From positions 31,636 to 95,635 of the forward strand of contig DATLSZ010000029.1 in the NCBI GenBank assembly GCA_035533875.1: a DNA stretch of 64,000 nucleotides. Direction: 5' to 3'. Positions 57,160 to 64,000 of the stretch are shown here, piece after piece. Both the position numbers and the translations under genes were made by a program. Source of the DNA: Candidatus Acidiferrales bacterium (GTDB lineage: Bacteria; Patescibacteriota; Microgenomatia; Levybacterales; UBA12049). The notes beneath the pieces were generated by a model, which worked only from the letters and a program-made list of their open reading frames with translations, did not search any database and had not been told where the DNA came from. Position 1 is the stretch's first letter. Each line of letters begins with the position of its first letter.

Positions 57160-58983
57160 TTAATAATAAATACGTATCGTACCGGAATAATTGAGCGGGC
57201 AGGTAAAATTATTACCTGTTGCGCATGAAATAGTATAGGTATGGTGTGTTGTTGTATAGGTATTTCCGTTGGAACATTGGCCTGACACTATGTATACTTC
57301 ATTATTATGTATGGCTCTGTTTTTCATGTAATCGATCGTTGCGTTCGGCAAGAGGAATTGCTGCTGCTGAGAATACGCTTCATAATTGCTCATGTAATTT
57401 TGATAATTATCTGGTGATACAGCAAGACAGATATGAGAAAGGGAATTAGGAGACTGGAGAGACTGCTGCATATAGCGTAGGGACATTGTCGGTGAGAGCT
57501 GATATTGTTTTTCTTGCTGAAGAAAATAAAACATATGCATATCCAAATACCCTGGCATACCGACATTTTTATTTGCAGGCTGTTTGGTATAAAACGTAAG
57601 TAGTTGAATTAACAGATAACAGATCATAACAGTGATAAAGAGATAGCGTAGGTTTTTATGTCTAATTGCTGAGATACAATAAGTAATGCCGATGGCGACA
57701 AAAATTGAAGCAATAGCAAACAGCGGGCTTACTCTGTGGGAGGCATTTATCCAGTCAGTTATCGCACTGGTGAAGAACGGGAGAACAATAAGTAAAAACA
57801 ACAGGATATTTAAGAAAGAATTTTTAAGAACAAAAAAAGCATACCCTATTCCCAATAGAAAGAATATTGCCAAAAACGGAGTGAAAATAGGTTTGACATC
57901 AGGATAGAAAAAGGTTGTGGGTTCATAAATATATACCATTATTGATCGTATATAGTTATTTTTTAATGTTGATATATTTTGTGCAGTAATAGGTGAGCTT
58001 TCTTGCATTTGATTCTCAAATACAAATCTGCTGCTGTGAAAGAAATCCTGCGTGCCGGTAAAAAGCAACCTTGGCCCAAATCCTACAAAGAAGAATATCA
58101 GCAAAACAGCAAGCTTGCCAAAACGGAGAGCACGTTTTTCTTCAAGCGCAAATTTTTTTACAATCATCTCCCGGAACTCAAGAAAGAAAAGGATAAGGAG
58201 GATGAGACAGGCAAATACTCTAATTGCTGCATGAAACCCGGAAGCAAACCCGAGCACAGTGCCAAAGAATGCATAATCAACAAAACGATGCCGTTTTAAC
58301 AGGATAAATAATACGAGAAGAATTACTGGTACCCAAAAGAGGTTAAATGCAACAACGACCTGGGTATGCGCAAAATACATATGCAATGGGAGTGTGGCAA
58401 GAACCAAGGCACTCCAAAATGCAGTCGATCTATTGAGAACAAGCCGTATTAAGAAGTACAACAAGATAACATCTGCGGTTGATAACAGTGCGGCGGGAAA
58501 TCTGTACGCTAAGGTGCTATTGCCAAAAAGATAATAGAAGGGTATCGTAAGTGTTGGAATGATCAGCCCATGGGCATCATAGCTGCCGTATCCGAAAATG
58601 TTCCCCAGGACACCGGAGGCAATTTTCATAGCATAAAGCCCCCCGTCCCGTAACTCATCAGCGATACTAACATATGGATAAATTGAGAGAAACAGAAAAT
58701 TTGCCAGGACCGAGATCAGTACGATAATGATGAGAGGGTTAATTTCTTTCTCTGTAACTATTTTTTTTAAAGGTATTTTTGATACATTCTGTAAGATATA
58801 GAGAAAGAGTACGGCTAACAGTGAAATAATATGCAGTCCAAAAGAGAGCCAGCGGAAGTAAAAGTATGGATCGCTGCTGACTATTCTGAGTGAATATAAA
58901 TAGGTTATAATGCTAACAATAACAACAATCCATGGGAAGTTTTTTGATTGTATTAGTTTGGTAAAGTTCATGGTAAAGAACAC
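57160..58983 (-). CDS. GT-C glycosyltransferase (ArnT/PMT, GT39/GT83-like)
   Basis: Polytopic membrane protein with an acidic loop motif ADELRDGG near the first periplasmic loop. Confidence 0.65.
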   Translation of the reverse strand: MFFTMNFTKLIQSKNFPWIVVIVSIITYLYSLRIVSSDPYFYFRWLSFGLHIISLLAVLFLYILQNVSKIPLKKIVTEKEINPLIIIVLISVLANFLFLSIYPYVSIADELRDGGLYAMKIASGVLGNIFGYGSYDAHGLIIPTLTIPFYYLFGNSTLAYRFPAALLSTADVILLYFLIRLVLNRSTAFWSALVLATLPLHMYFAHTQVVVAFNLFWVPVILLVLFILLKRHRFVDYAFFGTVLGFASGFHAAIRVFACLILLILFFLEFREMIVKKFALEEKRALRFGKLAVLLIFFFVGFGPRLLFTGTQDFFHSSRFVFENQMQESSPITAQNISTLKNNYIRSIMVYIYEPTTFFYPDVKPIFTPFLAIFFLLGIGYAFFVLKNSFLNILLFLLIVLPFFTSAITDWINASHRVSPLFAIASIFVAIGITYCISAIRHKNLRYLFITVMICYLLIQLLTFYTKQPANKNVGMPGYLDMHMFYFLQQEKQYQLSPTMSLRYMQQSLQSPNSLSHICLAVSPDNYQNYMSNYEAYSQQQQFLLPNATIDYMKNRAIHNNEVYIVSGQCSNGNTYTTTHHTYTISCATGNNFTCPLNYSGTIRIYY

Positions 58984-59012
58984 TTAGTATAATAATAACA
59001 TTATCAGTTGAT

Positions 59013-60155
59013 ATGAATACATATAGAAAAAAACAGCGGGTTCTTTTGGTGACTGACTTTTTTTATCCACATTGGACAGGGATCGCAAAATCGGTTTTCT
59101 CCTTAACCAAAGCATTGCAGGATGTATTTGCTATCACGGTTCTTACCGTCCGTTTTGATAAAAATTTGAAACAAAAAGAAAAAGTTGACGATATTTCGAT
59201 AATACGGAGTGATTATCTTTTGACGGTCAGCCGGTCCAAATATTCATTTATGATTATTGTGGATTTTCTCCGACTTGTCGGGAAGACTGATTGTGTTCTG
59301 ATTAATTCACCATCAGCAAATATTGTTGTCTTTTCGATTTTAACAAAAATCTTTGGCAAACGGCTTATTATATTTCATCAGGGAGACTTGATCCTCCCTC
59401 ATGGATTTCACAACAGGATCATTGAAAAGATATTTGATTTCTCTTGTTATGTTTCTTTTTCTCTTGCCGACAAAGTAGCTACGTATACATCCGATTATGC
59501 CAAACACTCCCGTGTGATCAAGCCGTTTCTTACTAAATTTACACCAGTACTTTTGCCTATCAGTATTGAGAAAAAAGAACAACGAATCCTGCCGGTGATT
59601 GAAAAATTTACGCGGCAAAATAAAATTGTTTTCGGATTCGCCGGAAGATTTGTCGAGGAAAAAGGATTTGATATCTTATTCCGTGCGATTCCTCTTGTGA
59701 TGGAACAACTGCCAAATGCGCATTTTGTTATTGCAGGACAGGAAATGCAATACGAAGATTTTTTCGGAAAGAATAAAGCACTGTTTGAAAGTGTAAAAAA
59801 TCATCTCACATTTCTTGGCCTCTTAAACGGAAAGGAGCTGCAGCAGTTTTATTCTGGTATTGATTGTATTGTTGTTCCTTCAAGATCTGATTGTTTCAAT
59901 CTTGTCCAGGCAGAAGCAATGCTGTGCGGAACGCCGGCAATAGTTTCGGACATCCCGGGACTCCGGTATCTGGTGAAAGAATCAGGCTTTGGCATGACAT
60001 TCAAATCCGAATCTTCTGAATCTCTGGCAGAAGCGATAGTGGCATGCAGCAACAAGAAGCAATCGATCATGAAAAATGAAAAGAAATTGCGAGAATTGTT
60101 GGATAACGAACAAATTATTTTGCACGCTAAAAAGTTTATTGCTTTCCCGAAATAA
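59013..60155 (+). CDS. glycosyltransferase family 4 (GT-B fold)
   Basis: C-terminal GT4 signature FGFAGRFVEEKGFD ... PSRSDCFNLVQAEAMLCGTPAI. Confidence 0.8.
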   Translation: MNTYRKKQRVLLVTDFFYPHWTGIAKSVFSLTKALQDVFAITVLTVRFDKNLKQKEKVDDISIIRSDYLLTVSRSKYSFMIIVDFLRLVGKTDCVLINSPSANIVVFSILTKIFGKRLIIFHQGDLILPHGFHNRIIEKIFDFSCYVSFSLADKVATYTSDYAKHSRVIKPFLTKFTPVLLPISIEKKEQRILPVIEKFTRQNKIVFGFAGRFVEEKGFDILFRAIPLVMEQLPNAHFVIAGQEMQYEDFFGKNKALFESVKNHLTFLGLLNGKELQQFYSGIDCIVVPSRSDCFNLVQAEAMLCGTPAIVSDIPGLRYLVKESGFGMTFKSESSESLAEAIVACSNKKQSIMKNEKKLRELLDNEQIILHAKKFIAFPK

Positions 60156-61677
60156 TATATGCGATATTCCAGCCGTTATTGATGAGCATATGCGATTTTT
60201 GCTTTTTCATACACAGGTTTGTAGAATGTAATTGCTGCTGGTCATTTGGATCACTGATAAGCAAGATTTGTTTTCCATGCTCGGGAGTTTGACAAAGCAA
60301 TTGCTGTGCTTGCCCGACTGTTTGGAAAAAGAATTCAAACGGATGATCTTTTTGTTGAAGGATTGGAATTCCTGCGACTTCGGGCTGCGCATACTGTCCC
60401 CATCCTGCGCCGACGATAAGGACTTTTGTACTTGCAGGATACGTGTCAATTGTCCGGGCAATGTTTTTTGCAAACGGTGTGTTGCCATTGGGAAGTGTTT
60501 TAGGATAGATAATAAAATAATTGTAGAAATTGAGCAGCAAAATAATAGAAAGAATTCCGCCATAAAGACAATAACGTATTATTTTTTTTACTCCCTGTTT
60601 TTGTATTTTTGATGCAGTTTTTTCTCCGAGGAGAAAGATACTATATGCAATACTCATATATATAAAAGGAATAACCCCAATCATCCGGCTGATATTTGGC
60701 TGTACGAAATAATTATGAATATCCAAAAAAGAAGGAACTTGGACAAAAAAGAACGGTAGAATAAAATACAGAAGAAATATTTTTTGTTTCTTTTTTATAC
60801 TACGGTAGAGAATGAGTAAAAATCCGATATCAAAAAGAATGCCGCTGAGGGTATCAAGGTGGGGATGGCCGGGGATATTCATCCTGAATGTTTCATCACC
60901 TTTTATATTAAAGGAAAGAATATTGGCAACGATGTTGTGGACAATCGCCATGATTGCCTGAAGAAGCGGTGTATGGACTGCGAGTTTTTCTCCGAAGTAT
61001 GACCCGTGTGAAAAGAAACTGACCGGATTATAGATAAATGAATAGACAAGCGGTATTGTGAGGACAAGCCCGATAAGAAGCGTGCGTATATTTCGCCAAT
61101 AAGTAAAGATCATTCCCCAAATACTTGCCTGCGTATACATGCCAATCCCCAACAAAATACCTGCGATCGTATTTCTTTTTTTCAGCGTATAAATAAGCGT
61201 AAGACTGATAAAGAGCGGCACCAGTATCCTCGCGTGCGGTTGCCTTGCAAAGTCGATTGTCCAGAACGATATGGCACTGATTGTCGTTGCCAAAAGCGCG
61301 ATCGTTTTGTTATGGAAAAATTCCTTAGTGAGAAAATACATTGACAGGACAAAAAAGAATCCGATGAATACGGCAGTGAGTTTTAAGCTATAGAAAGATA
61401 AGGGAACAAAATTGGTCAGAAAGACTGCTAAATAGGTGAAGACAGGACCGTCGCCACCGTATTCATAATCAAAGAACAGATGTCCGTGAAGCACTTTTTG
61501 CACGAGTCCATAATGAAAGATCGCGTCTCCCCAAATCGCACCGGGAATGGTGTCAAGCTGATAGAGCGCCAAAAAAAGATATATAAGAAGGATTGCGATG
61601 AGACTTAGATATGTACGGTTTTTCAATGTGCCGCTCAAACGGTTGACGTTACTCATTTTGTGGAGTGAGTGTTTCAT
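60136..61677 (-). CDS. GT-C glycosyltransferase (ArnT/PMT-like)
   Basis: Polytopic membrane protein with a first-loop aspartate-rich region (IWGDAIFHYG). Confidence 0.65.
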   Translation of the reverse strand: MKHSLHKMSNVNRLSGTLKNRTYLSLIAILLIYLFLALYQLDTIPGAIWGDAIFHYGLVQKVLHGHLFFDYEYGGDGPVFTYLAVFLTNFVPLSFYSLKLTAVFIGFFFVLSMYFLTKEFFHNKTIALLATTISAISFWTIDFARQPHARILVPLFISLTLIYTLKKRNTIAGILLGIGMYTQASIWGMIFTYWRNIRTLLIGLVLTIPLVYSFIYNPVSFFSHGSYFGEKLAVHTPLLQAIMAIVHNIVANILSFNIKGDETFRMNIPGHPHLDTLSGILFDIGFLLILYRSIKKKQKIFLLYFILPFFFVQVPSFLDIHNYFVQPNISRMIGVIPFIYMSIAYSIFLLGEKTASKIQKQGVKKIIRYCLYGGILSIILLLNFYNYFIIYPKTLPNGNTPFAKNIARTIDTYPASTKVLIVGAGWGQYAQPEVAGIPILQQKDHPFEFFFQTVGQAQQLLCQTPEHGKQILLISDPNDQQQLHSTNLCMKKQKSHMLINNGWNIAYIISGKQ

Positions 61678-63360
61678 TTATTTGCTTTCATTTTTGAATA
61701 TGATGACTTTTGGATGGTCATAGACAGTGAATGCTTCCTCAGCGGCGTCATCTGAAGTAGTAAGCGGAATTCCCATATAGGTAAGTGACGGATAGGAAGT
61801 AAATACTGCGACTTCTTTATACTGTGTTTTTCCTGCCAATAAATCATGATAGAACTTCATCATTTTCGGATAGCGTTCAGGAACGGTTGGGATACTGCCA
61901 TACCCGCGATTGGACGAAAGGATGAGATAGTTTCCTTTTTTCAACAGTGCATTCATGGTATTCCATTTTTGAGTAGTATCCGGATCAAAAACAGGAAGCT
62001 GTTTGGGGATATAGTTTCTGCTGGACATATCGAAGATCGGAAGCGGGAGGCCGTCATCCCAGCTTTCAGTCAGCAGAATACTATTTGCCGGGATGTGCTG
62101 ATAGATCCATTCTGATGCGCTGACGCGGGTGACAGGTTTGGTATACAATGAAAAAAATAGCATCGGCCAGATGATGGTAAACAAAAGAAGCAGAGCTTGT
62201 ATGAATGTTGGGATCCGTTTGGGAAAATAAGCAAAGCCGATGCCGGCAAAAAGAGCGAGGAACGGGTAAATGAAAATAAAGTACCGCATTGTTTGGACAG
62301 TCTGCATGCCCTGATAGATAAAAAATAATACCACCCAGGCCAATATGATGTACAGATCGGCATTTCGGATTTTTTTGAAAATAATGGAGATTCCTAGAAG
62401 TATGCAGAGCATATAGCCGATACCGACACCGAACAGTGTAAGATTTTTCCAAGCAAAAAGGATTGGTGTCTTATGGATCCACTGGACGCTAGGCGGGTAC
62501 CAGGCCTGCGGACTACTCCAATATGAGAGCTCTTTGAGATTTTGTAAAAATAACTTGCTCGGGCTAGGGTCAAGAAAATTGTTTGATTGGAAGAGGTATG
62601 GATCGGCAATCCGTCCGACAATATAGGTGACGATGCCGAAAAGCAGCATATTACCAAAAAGCGGCACGAGGTCACTTCTTGCGATTTTCTTTTTTTCCGT
62701 ATATGCGTTGACGAAAAAATATAAAAGAAGTGGCGCAAGAAAGATAGCTGTTGCTTTTGATGCAATACCGAGCCCCAAAAAAATCCCGCCGAAAATGATC
62801 CATTTGCTTTGTCTTGTAAAGGAAAAACGGAGCGAGAAATAAAAAGTAAGATAAACGAAGGCACTCATGAAGGTATCAACAGTAAAAAAATGTGAAAGCT
62901 GGATAGGTAAGACGGAAATTGCATAAAAAAATGCTGCCCAGTATTTGACCTTTTTGTTGAGTTTGTATCGCCTCTCAAAAAGCTCGCATGTTTTGAATAC
63001 AATTGCTACTATCAGAAGATCCACAAAACCTGAGAGCATTCTTCCAAGCAGTGTGAAGTTGTTATACGTGTCATTGCCGGTTGCGATTGCAAGAAGCTTG
63101 TTCGCGATAACCGGAAATGTTCCGTAGACATAAAAGGAATGGCCGATATTTGCCGGATTCATCGGTGAGTTTTGCGGAGAAAGATAATTGATAATGGAAT
63201 GAGGAATTTTCATATCTGTCCCGACCATGGTGAGGAACCGTTCATCAGGATGCAGATGTTGGTTTGCGTCCCAGTTAAGGTCATAAAATCTGAGGAATGC
63301 ACCGAGGAGGATTATCGCAAGCAGCAACAATTTTTTCTTCATTCCTCTATTGTATAACAC
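61678..63360 (-). CDS. GT-C glycosyltransferase (PMT/ArnT, GT39-like)
   Basis: HPDERF loop motif, as in the DE motif of the PMT/ArnT family, plus 10 or more TM helices. Confidence 0.7.
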   Translation of the reverse strand: MLYNRGMKKKLLLLAIILLGAFLRFYDLNWDANQHLHPDERFLTMVGTDMKIPHSIINYLSPQNSPMNPANIGHSFYVYGTFPVIANKLLAIATGNDTYNNFTLLGRMLSGFVDLLIVAIVFKTCELFERRYKLNKKVKYWAAFFYAISVLPIQLSHFFTVDTFMSAFVYLTFYFSLRFSFTRQSKWIIFGGIFLGLGIASKATAIFLAPLLLYFFVNAYTEKKKIARSDLVPLFGNMLLFGIVTYIVGRIADPYLFQSNNFLDPSPSKLFLQNLKELSYWSSPQAWYPPSVQWIHKTPILFAWKNLTLFGVGIGYMLCILLGISIIFKKIRNADLYIILAWVVLFFIYQGMQTVQTMRYFIFIYPFLALFAGIGFAYFPKRIPTFIQALLLLFTIIWPMLFFSLYTKPVTRVSASEWIYQHIPANSILLTESWDDGLPLPIFDMSSRNYIPKQLPVFDPDTTQKWNTMNALLKKGNYLILSSNRGYGSIPTVPERYPKMMKFYHDLLAGKTQYKEVAVFTSYPSLTYMGIPLTTSDDAAEEAFTVYDHPKVIIFKNESK

Positions 63361-63442
63361 ATTTCTATGATTTTGTTATTAAAATGATCAGTTGTGTTTA
63401 TTAAGCATACGTATGAGTTCTGAAAGATTTGCGTAAATTTCA

Positions 63443-63769
63443 TTGATTTATGAATCGGTAAATATTAGTATCCAAGATATGGAAAGTGGACAAATTTTTG
63501 GGCGGCTTGTACCAAACGGAGATCGACCTTTATCTGCAATTGCACGGAGAATTGAAGAGTCACATGGTATCCGTGACAAAAAGGAAAGGAGACCGCCAAC
63601 TACAAAGGTTCATGTGAGAGGAATCCCGGCGAGATCAAGTGAAACACTAAGATTACCGGTCATGAGAGAAGTCAGAGAAGGGTATGCAATAGTTGAAGGA
63701 GGTCTCTCTCAACTGCTTTCAGTAGTGCAATCAGTAGTTGAATCGAAAAGAGGAGCAAATCCTAAATAA
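63443..63769 (+). CDS. small hypothetical protein
   Basis: 108-aa ORF with no motifs; weak support. Confidence 0.3.
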   Translation: MIYESVNISIQDMESGQIFGRLVPNGDRPLSAIARRIEESHGIRDKKERRPPTTKVHVRGIPARSSETLRLPVMREVREGYAIVEGGLSQLLSVVQSVVESKRGANPK

Positions 63770-64000
63770 ATCTCTGTTTTTCTCATGCTGCATTTGTAAA
63801 TTTGTAACGTACATACGCAAAAAGACTAAATCGAAGATTTTTCAGTATCTACACCAAAGCTTTGCGATTCAGATAATAGTATTAAATAATTGTTATTTAA
63901 AAATAAATAACTAATAAATTATATTTAATATCTTGACATTTATATTAAATATGATTATATTAAATTATACATGCATCAGGCAATTAATTCAGGAGATACT

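Noticed and set aside
63770-64000. AT-rich terminal region as a replication origin or mobile element end
   Set aside because: It contains only short A/T repeats, a TTGACA-N17 promoter-like arrangement and an AGGAG at the window edge. It is most simply the promoter and RBS of a gene beginning beyond the window. No DnaA-box clusters were recognised.

Overview
The window is AT-rich and gene-dense, with short intergenic regions and many polytopic membrane and glycosyltransferase genes. It resembles a small-genome, probably uncultivated bacterium (possibly Patescibacteria/CPR-like), but that taxonomic guess is inference only. Recognisable housekeeping content, in order: gap (5'-truncated, 1..834); a tightly coupled nrdR–orfX–orfY–nrdJ operon encoding an adenosylcobalamin-dependent class II ribonucleotide reductase; two cobalamin riboswitches, one before a PduO-type corrinoid adenosyltransferase and one before an unrecognised 458-aa protein with a rubredoxin-like small ORF; a four-gene operon ending in a 793-aa membrane-anchored VirD4/TraD-like P-loop ATPase; an RHH-domain protein plus small membrane protein pair; a secreted M10-like zinc metalloprotease; three TMTC-like multi-TM/TPR paralogs, two of them in tandem; an RsmB-like methyltransferase; a TrpR/YerC-like regulator followed by a complete trpE-G-D-CF-B-A operon and trpS; an EEP nuclease, HhH-GPD glycosylase, CYTH protein, msrA, P-type ATPase, MscS, group II PLP decarboxylase; an N-domain-less clpB; an aldo-keto reductase; a Zn-ribbon–RNase HI fusion; nickel superoxide dismutase sodN with its S26 maturation protease sodX; femAB, pdxS/pdxT, a DMT transporter, pcrA/uvrD, tpiA; and an envelope glycosylation cluster (LCP protein, three GT-C ArnT/PMT-like genes, one GT4, one large membrane protein). 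I saw no CRISPR array, rRNA, IS element or convincing tRNA. The findings worth a second look are four families of short dispersed repeats, several consensus promoters placed 7-9 nt upstream of start codons (implying leaderless mRNAs), and the riboswitch-controlled unknown gene pair.
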